Program-made: the position numbers and the translations under genes | Notes under the pieces: model-generated | Databases searched by the model: none | Told to the model about the DNA's origin: nothing | Seen by the model: only the letters and a program-made list of their open reading frames with translations | In this document: positions 30,419-38,600 of the stretch, one piece after another | Layout: each line of letters opens with the position of its first letter | How positions within the stretch are numbered: the first letter of the stretch is position 1 | Assembly: GCA_038207335.1 (NCBI GenBank) | Contig: JBBQZX010000001.1 | Location: 355,873 to 419,872, forward strand | Direction of reading: 5' to 3' | DNA from: Chthoniobacterales bacterium | GTDB lineage: Bacteria; Verrucomicrobiota; Verrucomicrobiia; Chthoniobacterales; Chthoniobacteraceae | DNA length: 64,000 nucleotides

Positions 30419-32055
30419 GCGCGCGGCTTCTCCGAACGGTCACTCGCACTGCCGAGCAGGAAGTCCCGGATCGATTTATCCGCCCGCGTGATCGTGTCGA
30501 AGACGCTCGCACCCAGCGCGAGGAGCACCGTTGGCTCCGCCGCCACCGCCGTGAGCTGCCACACGCGATCGTTCAACAGCGCGCGTTCGCCGAAGTGATC
30601 GCCCGGCAGCACCGAGCGCGTCGCCTTCCCCTCCGCGTCCTGCAGATCGATCCGCCCGCTCTTCACGATGTAGAACGAGAACGCCGGATCGCCCGCGTCG
30701 AAGAGCTTGTCGCCCGCGTGCAGGTGCATCTCCTTCACCACCTGCGTCGGGCGCGACTGGAAGAGCGTGATGTCGCGCGGGAAGAAAAGATCCAGCGTCC
30801 AGTCGATCATCACGCGCAGCTTCCGCTCCAGCCCCGGCAGCTTTGAGAGATAGATCGTCCGCCACATCCACCACGCGAAAAACCCCGAGAACTTCATCCC
30901 CATGATCTCCGCCACCGCCGCGTGATGCCCGATCGCCGCCAGCTCCCCGAGTCCTGTGAAAGTGAACGGCTTCGGCGCCTCATCCCGCGTCAGCACCCGC
31001 GCGATATTTTCCCCCAGCAGCGTCCCCTGCCGCACCGCAAATTGCGCCGTCGGCGGGCAAAACTTCCGCTCACTCGTCGCAGACGCCGCGCCCTTCGGCG
31101 CCATCGGCACCGCCGCGCAATCCCCCGCCGCCCACACCTCCGGGTGCGACCCCAGCCGCAGTGTCGTGCCCACCAGGATGCGCCCCTTTTCGCACTCGAT
31201 CTCATTCACCTTGCACAGCTCCTCGATCAGCGGATTCGGCGCATTCCCCACCGTCGAGACCACCGTGTGCGTCTCGATCGTCCGATCCGCCGTGCACACC
31301 TTCCGCGCCGTCATCCCCGACACCCGCGCGCCCAGCACCACCTCGATCTCGCGGCTCCGCAGATTCTCCTCGCAGTAGCGCCCCAGCGACTCGCTGATCT
31401 CGGGCAAAAGATGCGGCCCGCTGTGGATGAGCACCGTCTTGAAATGGTCATGAGACAGCCGCGGATAAAACCGCAGAATCGCCTCCGCCAAATCATCGAT
31501 CTGCCCCGCCACCTCCACGCCCGAGTAGCCGCCGCCCACCACCACGAAAGTCAGCAGCCGCTTCACCCTCTCCATATCCGTCTCCAGATTCGCCTCCTCA
31601 AAGCGGTCGATGATCGCCGCCCGCAACTTCAGCGCATCCCCCACATTTTTCAGCAAAAACGCGTGCTCCGGCATCCCCGGCACCCGGCTCAGATCCACGA
31701 TCCCGCCGAGCCCCAGCACCAGATGCTCGAAGCCGATCGACACCTGCCCCGTGTAATCCCCTGCATTCACCATCACCTTGCGCCCCTTCAGATCGATCGA
31801 CGAAATCCCCCCCCGCAGCACCGTCACATTTGGGCACAGCAGCCGGATCGGATTCACCACATGGCGCGGCGAGATCGACGACCCCACCACCTCCGCCAGC
31901 AGCGGCTGGAACACCATGAAATTCTGATCCGCCACCAGCGCCACCCGCTTCTTCCCCGACTCCCCCAGCTTCTTCCCCAGCGCCCGCGCCGCGAAGACCC
32001 CGGAAAACCCGCCCCCGAGGATCACCACATCGAATTGAAGAGAGTCAGAATTCAT
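30415..32055 (-). CDS. Type II NADH dehydrogenase-like FAD oxidoreductase fused to a C-terminal cNMP-binding domain
   Basis: GGGFSG, FQPLL, VVVGGGYSGVE, AAGDCA, PPTAQFA; tail GDPAFSFYIVKSG...GDHFGERAL. Confidence 0.85.
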   Translation of the reverse strand: MNSDSLQFDVVILGGGFSGVFAARALGKKLGESGKKRVALVADQNFMVFQPLLAEVVGSSISPRHVVNPIRLLCPNVTVLRGGISSIDLKGRKVMVNAGDYTGQVSIGFEHLVLGLGGIVDLSRVPGMPEHAFLLKNVGDALKLRAAIIDRFEEANLETDMERVKRLLTFVVVGGGYSGVEVAGQIDDLAEAILRFYPRLSHDHFKTVLIHSGPHLLPEISESLGRYCEENLRSREIEVVLGARVSGMTARKVCTADRTIETHTVVSTVGNAPNPLIEELCKVNEIECEKGRILVGTTLRLGSHPEVWAAGDCAAVPMAPKGAASATSERKFCPPTAQFAVRQGTLLGENIARVLTRDEAPKPFTFTGLGELAAIGHHAAVAEIMGMKFSGFFAWWMWRTIYLSKLPGLERKLRVMIDWTLDLFFPRDITLFQSRPTQVVKEMHLHAGDKLFDAGDPAFSFYIVKSGRIDLQDAEGKATRSVLPGDHFGERALLNDRVWQLTAVAAEPTVLLALGASVFDTITRADKSIRDFLLGSASDRSEKPRA

Positions 32056-32174
32056 CGGAGTCGAATCGCATATCGCCACCCTCCCAGCCTCCCTGTGGAA
32101 AAGCGAGCGCCCTCAGTGAGTCGCTGAGCGCCCTGCATCGGAGGGCGACCTCTCTGCTTGCCCGAGGACGGTGC

Positions 32175-32804
32175 TCAGTTCACCAGCACCGTTTGCGCGT
32201 CGCTCACCAGCCCCACCTCATCATTGCCCACAAAGCCCCGCACCCGCACCTCCAGACTCTCAGGCACACCCGGCGTCGTCAGCGTCCCATGGTACACGAA
32301 CGGCGAACGCAGCATCACCGCCACCATCGTCCACGCCGCCTCCCCCGTCTTGCGGATATAAAGATTAGCTCCCGTCAGTGCTCCACTCGCCTTGGCGAAT
32401 TTCACCTGCAGCACGCCACCCCCCGTCGCCTCCACCTTCCGCAGCTCCGCTTTGTAAGTAGCCGGATCAAATTCCACCTCCGTCCCCCACACTCCCAGCG
32501 CCTTCTGGATCGCCTCCGTCGCAGTCGGCTCCTTCTTGCCCTGCCCGACCATCGTGCGGATCACCCCCTCCGCTGAGGCGATGATTGTGTCCTGCGCCGC
32601 ATTCTCCGCCAGCCATGCCTGTCGCGAGGCCTTCTTTGCCGCCACCGCATCCTCGATCTGCTGTGCCGCCGCCTCCACATTACTCGCCCCGCTGCCCCAG
32701 CCCATAGCATTTGCGTTTGCCGTCTTCACCGACTCCACCTTTAAAACGCCGGCCCAAGTGGACAGCGTATCTTCGTCGCTGGGGATATAATCTTCTCTAG
32801 CCAT
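32175..32804 (-). CDS. Hypothetical protein: predicted helical N-terminal half and Fn3/Ig-like beta C-terminal half
   Basis: 209-aa ORF; Ala-rich amphipathic helices, then beta-strand pattern (LQVKF, ANLYIR, W, LEVRVRG, GLVSD). Confidence 0.75.
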   Translation of the reverse strand: MAREDYIPSDEDTLSTWAGVLKVESVKTANANAMGWGSGASNVEAAAQQIEDAVAAKKASRQAWLAENAAQDTIIASAEGVIRTMVGQGKKEPTATEAIQKALGVWGTEVEFDPATYKAELRKVEATGGGVLQVKFAKASGALTGANLYIRKTGEAAWTMVAVMLRSPFVYHGTLTTPGVPESLEVRVRGFVGNDEVGLVSDAQTVLVN

Positions 32805-32998
32805 AGTATTTGGAGCTTATGAGGGGCTTAAAAAGGGGAGCACCTCACCATGCCCCGCGCCCATCGCCCGGCGAGAAAAGCCTGCCTGTCGGTAAAAGGC
32901 GAGCACTTTCTTCTTTTCTTTTGCCCTCCGTCTTCTCCGCAGCCGCACCGCGCCGCAAACCAGCATCCCATCCCACTACGTCTCGCCCATAGCCCGCA

Positions 32999-33301
32999 TC
33001 ATCCCCCGCGCAGCCAGCGTCCGCCCCCGCAAAGGCAGCATAAATTCCCACACAGCTAGGGAGAATCCCCGCACGGTCGGCTCTCCCTCCGCGCAGCCGG
33101 ACAAAATCCCCGGACAGTCAGACAAAAGCTCCGTGCGGTCAGAGAGGATAACCGCACAGTCAGACAAAATCCCGGCACGGTCAGCCCCTCCACCGCGCAT
33201 CCAGAAAGAATCCCCGCACGGTCAGACAGAATATCTGCACGGTCAGATACAATCCCCGCACGGTCAGGCAGAATAACCGCACAGTCAGACAGAATAACCG
33301 T
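32999..33301. repeat. Degenerate 21-bp tandem array, consensus AGAATCCCCGCACGGTCAGAC
   Basis: 11 clear units at 33062-33290, about 3 weaker units to the left and a partial unit to the right; two units are 20 bp. Confidence 0.9.
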
Positions 33302-33421
33302 GAACTCTACAGAGTAGAACCGCCTCGTAACTGAAGGGGGTCTCCGAGGCGAGCCTTTCCAGACACTGACTGATGATTACGCTCGCTTTTTGTGACTTGG
33401 CCACAAAGGTTGGACCCCCCC

Positions 33422-34117
33422 ATGTCCGCGCTCTCCACCTGCGCGCCAGTCGGCGCCTCCCCGCTCCCCTCCATCGTTCGTGTCCTTATCGTGGACGATC
33501 ACCCGGTGCTCCGCGCCGGGGTGAAGGCATTGCTAGCCGCCGAGCCAGATATGGAGTGCTGCGGGGAAGCGTCGTGCTTTGACGAAGCTGTTGGGGCGCT
33601 CGCGGATTTGTCGCCCGACGTTGCGCTCATCGATCTCTCCATGCCGGGGCCAAATGGGCTGAATCTCATCCGGCATATCCAGGAGAAGCATCCGCACGTG
33701 CGTAGCGTGGCGTTTTCCGTGCATGAGGAGTCCACCTTTGCCGTGCGCGCGCTGAAGGCCGGTGCCAAAGGATACGTGACGAAGCGCGAAGCATCCGAGC
33801 GGCTGGTGGTGGCGATTCGCGAGGTCGTGGCAAAGGGCGTTTACATCACGCCGACGCTGCGGGAGCTGCTGATTTTCAAGACGATCATGGCGGAGGAGGG
33901 GAAGCTGGCCACGCCACTCGATGGGCTTTCCGACCGGGAGATGGAGGTGTTCGAGCAATACGGCGCAGGTGCGAGCACGCGAAGCATCGCCGACTCCCTG
34001 TCCCTGAGCGTGAAGACCATCGAAACCCACCGCGCGCACATCCTGACAAAGCTGGGCTTCGCCGACTCGGCGGCGATGGTGAAGTACGCCATCGATTGGG
34101 CAGCCCACCACTCCTGA
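33422..34117 (+). CDS. NarL/FixJ-family response regulator (no adjacent kinase)
   Basis: IVDDHP, IDLSMPG, GAKGYVTK, LSDRE, SVKTIETHR LuxR HTH. Confidence 0.93.
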   Translation: MSALSTCAPVGASPLPSIVRVLIVDDHPVLRAGVKALLAAEPDMECCGEASCFDEAVGALADLSPDVALIDLSMPGPNGLNLIRHIQEKHPHVRSVAFSVHEESTFAVRALKAGAKGYVTKREASERLVVAIREVVAKGVYITPTLRELLIFKTIMAEEGKLATPLDGLSDREMEVFEQYGAGASTRSIADSLSLSVKTIETHRAHILTKLGFADSAAMVKYAIDWAAHHS

Positions 34118-34241
34118 GCCGCGCGCCCGCCGCCGGGGTGCGGTGACTGACGCCACCGGCTCAATTCGGCCGGGCCTCCGGGCCACGAGCACGGGCGACT
34201 GCCAGGGCGGTGGGAATTTTCCCGGCGGCCGCCGGGGATCT

Positions 34242-34317
34242 TGGTGGAGGTATGGGGATTCGAACCCCAGACCTTCTCATTGCGAACGAGACGCTCTACC
34301 AACTGAGCTATACCCCC
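34242..34317 (-). tRNA. tRNA-Ala(CGC)
   Basis: GGGGGTATAGCTCAGTTGGTAGAGCG-TCTCG-TTCGCAA-TGAGA-AGGTCTGGGGTTCGAATCCCCATACCTCCACCA; G3:U70 pair; CCA encoded. Confidence 0.97.
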
Positions 34318-34401
34318 CAAGATTTGCGAGCGGGGAAGATTTCACCGCGCCCGCTGGTTGTCCATCTTTTTTCCCCGTGTGATTTTCCGCGGATGCGGCT
34401 G

Positions 34402-36018
34402 CTACGCCCCGACGGCGGCGCGGGTGAGCGTGCCGTCGAGGGTGCGCATGATTTTGAGGGGGTTCGAGTCGCGCAGCTCGGGGGGGAGGGAGGGGCCGGG
34501 GAAATTCTGGTAGCAGACGGGGCGCACGAAGCGCTGGATGGCGGCGGTGCCGACGCTGGTGAAGCGCACGTCGGTGGTGGCGGGGTAGGGGCCGCCGTGG
34601 TTCATGCTAGGGCAGACTTCGACGCCGGTGGGGAAGCCGTTGATGATGAGCCGCCCGGCTTTGCGCTCGAGGATGGCGAGGAGCTCGGTGGCGTCGGCGA
34701 TTTCCTCCTCGGTGCCGTGGACGGTGGCGGTGAGCTGGCCCTCGAGGCTGAGGGCGGCGCGGAGGAGGCTGGCCATGTCGGGGGCGTCGATGAGGATGGT
34801 GGCGGGGCCAAACATTTCCTCGTGGAGCTCGGGGTGGCGGAGGAAGTTTTTGGCGTCGGTGGTGAAGATGACGGGTTCGCCGTGGGTGGCGGCGCTGTCG
34901 GGCTCGATTTCGCTCATGGCAAAGCTGGTGATGCCTTTGACGGCTTCGACTTTCTCGAGGCCGTCGTGGTAGGCCTCGCAGATGCCGGCGTGGAGCATGG
35001 TGCCGGGGGGGACATCGGCGATGTGGCTGGCGAGCTTGTTGGCGAATTTTTGCAGGGCGGGGCCGCCGAGGGCGAAGACGAGGCCGGGCTTGGTGCAGAA
35101 CTGTCCGACGCCGGCGGTGACGGAGTTTTTGAGGGCCTCGGCGAGGGCGGGGCCGCGGTCGCGCATGGCGCCGGGGAGGATGAAGACGGGGTTGAGGCTG
35201 GCCATCTCGGCGAAGACGGGGATGGGGTCGGGGCGGGCGTTTGCGGCATCGAAGAGGGCGCGGCCGGCGACGCGGGAGCCGGTGAAGCCGGCGGCGCGGG
35301 CGAGGGGATGGCGGACGAGGGCGGTGCCGATTTCCTGGCCGCTGCCGTGGAGCATGGAGAAGACGCCGGGCGGCATCTTACACGCCTCGATGGCGCGGAT
35401 GATGGCGCCGGCGACGAGCTCGGAGGTGCCGGGATGGGAGCGGTGGGCTTTGACGATGACGGGATTGCCCGCGGCAAGGGCGGAGGCGGTGTCACCGCCG
35501 GCGACGGAGAAGGCGAAGGGGAAATTGCTGGAGCCGAAGACGATGACGGGGCCGAGGGGCCGGAGCATGCGGCGGAGATCGACCTTCGGGATGGGCTTGC
35601 GATTCGGGAGAGCGGTGTCGATGCGGGCGTCGATCCAGGAGCCTTCGGCGATGAGGTCTGCGAAGAGGCGGAGCTGGCCGCAGGTGCGCGCGCGCTCGCC
35701 GTTCAGGCGGTCGAGCGGGAGGCCGGTTTCGAGGTTGGCGCGGTTGAGGAGTTTGTCGCCGAGGGCGATGATTTCATCGGCAATGCGCTCAAGAAAGGTG
35801 ACGCGCTGCTCGACGCTGGTGCGCCCGTAGATGGCGAAGGCTTCGTCAGCGACCTGAAGCGCGTGCTCGACGTCGGCGAGGGAGCACTCGTGGAAGGCGG
35901 GGTCGAGGCGGGTGGAGGTCTGCGGGGAGACGGCGTGGAAGGTGCGTTTGCCGCGCTTGAGCTGGACGCCGGCGAGGAGGCTTTTTCCGTGAAGGACGAG
36001 TGGAGCGGCAGGAGGCAT
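34402..36018 (-). CDS. NADP-dependent aldehyde dehydrogenase (alpha-ketoglutaric semialdehyde dehydrogenase type)
   Basis: SNFPFAFSVAGGDTASA, FTGS, GQFCTKPG, EEMFGP, NGFPTGVEV. Confidence 0.9.
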   Translation of the reverse strand: MPPAAPLVLHGKSLLAGVQLKRGKRTFHAVSPQTSTRLDPAFHECSLADVEHALQVADEAFAIYGRTSVEQRVTFLERIADEIIALGDKLLNRANLETGLPLDRLNGERARTCGQLRLFADLIAEGSWIDARIDTALPNRKPIPKVDLRRMLRPLGPVIVFGSSNFPFAFSVAGGDTASALAAGNPVIVKAHRSHPGTSELVAGAIIRAIEACKMPPGVFSMLHGSGQEIGTALVRHPLARAAGFTGSRVAGRALFDAANARPDPIPVFAEMASLNPVFILPGAMRDRGPALAEALKNSVTAGVGQFCTKPGLVFALGGPALQKFANKLASHIADVPPGTMLHAGICEAYHDGLEKVEAVKGITSFAMSEIEPDSAATHGEPVIFTTDAKNFLRHPELHEEMFGPATILIDAPDMASLLRAALSLEGQLTATVHGTEEEIADATELLAILERKAGRLIINGFPTGVEVCPSMNHGGPYPATTDVRFTSVGTAAIQRFVRPVCYQNFPGPSLPPELRDSNPLKIMRTLDGTLTRAAVGA

Positions 36019-36075
36019 GATGATGAAAGGTGGGAGTTGGTGTGGAGCGAAGCAAGAATTCAGGCGGGCGCTATC

Positions 36076-36909
36076 TTACGCCACGACATTCGTGAGGGTG
36101 CCGATGCCGGCGATGTGGATGCGGACTTCGTCGCCGCTGGCGAGGGTGAATTCATTCGGCGGGATGATGCCGGTGCCCGTGAGCAGGAAGCAGCCGCGCG
36201 GGAAGTCGTTGTCGCGGAACAGGTAGTCCGCGAGCTCGACGGGCTGGCGCTTCATCTGGTCGAGCGCGGTGCGGCCGGAGAAGACCGGCGCGCCGCCGCG
36301 CCAGATGTGGATTTGGATCTCCGTGGCGTGCGGCAGCGGCTCGCGCACGACGATGCCGGGGCCGAGCCCGCAGCACGCGCTATAGACTTTCGCCTGCGGC
36401 AGATAGAGGGGATTTTCGCCCTCGATGTCGCGGGAGCTCATGTCATTGCCGATGGTGTAGCCGAAGATCGCGCCGCGCGTGTTGATGGCGAGAGTCAGCT
36501 CGGGCTCGGGGACGTTCCACTTCGCGTCGGAGCGGATGCGGACGGTGCCGCCGTGGCCGACGACGCGGTGCGGAGTGGCCTTAAAGAAGAGCTCGGGCCG
36601 CGCGGCGTCATAGACTTTGTCGTAAAAGCTGCCGCTATTTCCGCCGACGTTCGCCTCGTCGATCCGCGCGTCGCGGCTGCGCAGATACGTAACGCCCGCG
36701 GCCCACACTTCTTGGCTCTGGATCGGCGGGAGCCATTGCTCGGGAGGCTGCGCTGGCACAGCATCCGCGAGCTGCTCGGCCACCCAAGCGGCGGGATTTT
36801 CCGCGAGGAAAAGCGCGTCGAGATCGGGCTCGCGGAGCTGGAAGAAATCTTCGCCGCGCTGCGCGATGAGGCCGGTCGCGCTGCGGTAGATGGTGGTGGG
36901 CGTGTTCAT
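36076..36909 (-). CDS. FAH-family protein, likely 2-keto-3-deoxy-pentonate dehydratase (XylX/KdaD-like)
   Basis: [48 protein letters not shown]; adjacent to the KGSA dehydrogenase. Confidence 0.85.
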   Translation of the reverse strand: MNTPTTIYRSATGLIAQRGEDFFQLREPDLDALFLAENPAAWVAEQLADAVPAQPPEQWLPPIQSQEVWAAGVTYLRSRDARIDEANVGGNSGSFYDKVYDAARPELFFKATPHRVVGHGGTVRIRSDAKWNVPEPELTLAINTRGAIFGYTIGNDMSSRDIEGENPLYLPQAKVYSACCGLGPGIVVREPLPHATEIQIHIWRGGAPVFSGRTALDQMKRQPVELADYLFRDNDFPRGCFLLTGTGIIPPNEFTLASGDEVRIHIAGIGTLTNVVA

Positions 36910-36972
36910 GTGGAAAAAGGGATTTAGCATTTGGTTGAGCCGGGCGCACACCTCTTCTACCGTTCGCGCCCC

Positions 36973-37797
36973 GTGAATTTCTCCCGCGCCATTTTCCTCG
37001 CCGCCGTGCTCGTCGCGCCCGCCATTTTCGCACAGATCCCGCCGCCGCCGCCGCCGCCCGACCTTTTCCCGCCGGGCACGCGTCCCGCCGTGCCGGTCGC
37101 GCCCGTCGTGCCGCCGGTCCCGCGCGCGACTCCCGCGCCGCCTCCGCCTCCGCAGCCGGGTCCGTGGAAAACGCTCTTCGACGGCAAGTCGATCACGGGC
37201 CTGCGCGGCCTCGAGAAGCCCGATTTTCTCAAGGCCGGATGGAGGATCGAAGACGGCGCGCTTATTCTCACGAAGGAGGTCAAGCAGTCCGGCAAGCAGA
37301 CCGGCGGGGACCTGATGACGACCGAGGCGTATCAGGATTTTGAACTGAGCTTTGCGTGGAAAATGGGCGTCTCGGGCGACAGCGGCGTGATGTATCTCGC
37401 GCGCGCCGGGCTCGGGCAGAAGCCGGTCGGGCATGAGTTCCAGCTCATCGACGATGTGCGAAATCCCGACGGGCTCAAGGGCGGGCCGATCAAGCGGACG
37501 GGTTCGCTCTACGAAATCCTGCCGCCGAACGACGAGAAGCAGCTCAACGACGGCGCGTGGAATGAAGCGCGTCTCATCGTGCAGGGAAATCACGTCGAGC
37601 ACTGGATCAATGGCGCGAAAGTCCTCGAGTACGAGCTGGGCTCGATCGATTTGCAAAAGACGGTGATGGCCAGTCGCGTGCGAGTGCCAACGGGCTTCGG
37701 CCACAAGTTCAAAGCGCCGATTATTTTTCTCGACCAGGGCGAGGACATTGCTTTCCGAAACATCAAAATCCGACTACTCCCACCCGTCTCCCAATGA
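36973..37797 (+). CDS. DUF1080 (3-keto-glycoside hydrolase-like) exported protein with Pro-rich linker
   Basis: [37 protein letters not shown]. Confidence 0.88.
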   Translation: MNFSRAIFLAAVLVAPAIFAQIPPPPPPPDLFPPGTRPAVPVAPVVPPVPRATPAPPPPPQPGPWKTLFDGKSITGLRGLEKPDFLKAGWRIEDGALILTKEVKQSGKQTGGDLMTTEAYQDFELSFAWKMGVSGDSGVMYLARAGLGQKPVGHEFQLIDDVRNPDGLKGGPIKRTGSLYEILPPNDEKQLNDGAWNEARLIVQGNHVEHWINGAKVLEYELGSIDLQKTVMASRVRVPTGFGHKFKAPIIFLDQGEDIAFRNIKIRLLPPVSQ

Positions 37798-38501
37798 TCC
37801 GCCAACTACTCCTCCAAACGCTCGCACTCACCGCCGCCATCGCAGCATTCGCCGGCGAACCCAACACGCTCACGCCCGAAGAAAAGACAGCCGGCTGGAA
37901 GCTGCTTTTCGACGGCACTTCCGACGCCGGATGGGTCGTGCTCGGCGGCACGAAATTTCCCGAAAAGGGCTGGAGCGTCGTCGATGGCGCGCTTTTCCAC
38001 GCGCAGAAAGGCGGCGGTGGGAATATCGTGACGACGGAGAGCTACGGGAGCTACGAGCTGAAATTCGAGTGGAAGATCGGCCCAGTCGGAAACAGCGGTG
38101 TGAAATACAATCTCGTCGATCCGAAGAAGGACCTCGGCTTTGAATATCAGGTCATCGATGACGCGCATCATCCCGATGGAATTCGCGGCGGACGGCTGCA
38201 CCAGACCGGCGCGCTTTACGACCTTATCGAGCCGCCAGAGGACAAAAAAGTGAAGCCCGTCGGCGAGTGGAATGAGAGTCGCCTGCTGGTCGATGGCAAC
38301 CACGTCGAGCAATGGCTCAACGGCGCAAAGACCGTGACTTTCGAGATCGGCAGCGAAGAACTCAAAGCGCTCGTGGCGAAGAGCAAATACAAGGGCGCTG
38401 CGAATTTCGCAGAGAAGCGCAGCTCGCCGATTTTGCTGCAAGATCACGGCGATGAAGTTGCCTTCCGGAGCCTGAAGATCCGGGTGATCGAGAGCAAATA
38501 A
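37794..38501 (+). CDS. DUF1080 exported protein
   Basis: GWKLLFDG, GNSGVKY, EYQVIDD, LQDHG, FRSLKIR. Confidence 0.9.
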   Translation: MIRQLLLQTLALTAAIAAFAGEPNTLTPEEKTAGWKLLFDGTSDAGWVVLGGTKFPEKGWSVVDGALFHAQKGGGGNIVTTESYGSYELKFEWKIGPVGNSGVKYNLVDPKKDLGFEYQVIDDAHHPDGIRGGRLHQTGALYDLIEPPEDKKVKPVGEWNESRLLVDGNHVEQWLNGAKTVTFEIGSEELKALVAKSKYKGAANFAEKRSSPILLQDHGDEVAFRSLKIRVIESK

Positions 38502-38600
38502 CCGCCTGACACCGGCGGAAGAAAACGTCTCGGCGTTCGACGTTCATCGTCCGCCGCATCCCTCGTCTTTCCCCACAACCCTCCCACCGTTCACAAACCC

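Noticed and set aside
32999..33301. CRISPR array
   Set aside because: Units are contiguous with no unique spacers, and no cas genes are present.
32080..34317. Integrative element at tRNA-Ala or tRNA-Phe
   Set aside because: No integrase, and no duplicated tRNA 3' end was found by eye; an exact-match search would be needed to exclude it fully.
34210..36927. 905-aa plus-strand ORF and similar long ORFs (13845-15566, 50746-52332, 55901-57499, 61826-63067)
   Set aside because: Antisense shadows of well-supported genes; biased codon usage in GC-rich DNA removes stops on the opposite strand.
36076..37704. 542-aa extended FAH protein
   Set aside because: The N-terminal extension is antisense to the DUF1080 gene; FAH-like sequence begins near 36909.
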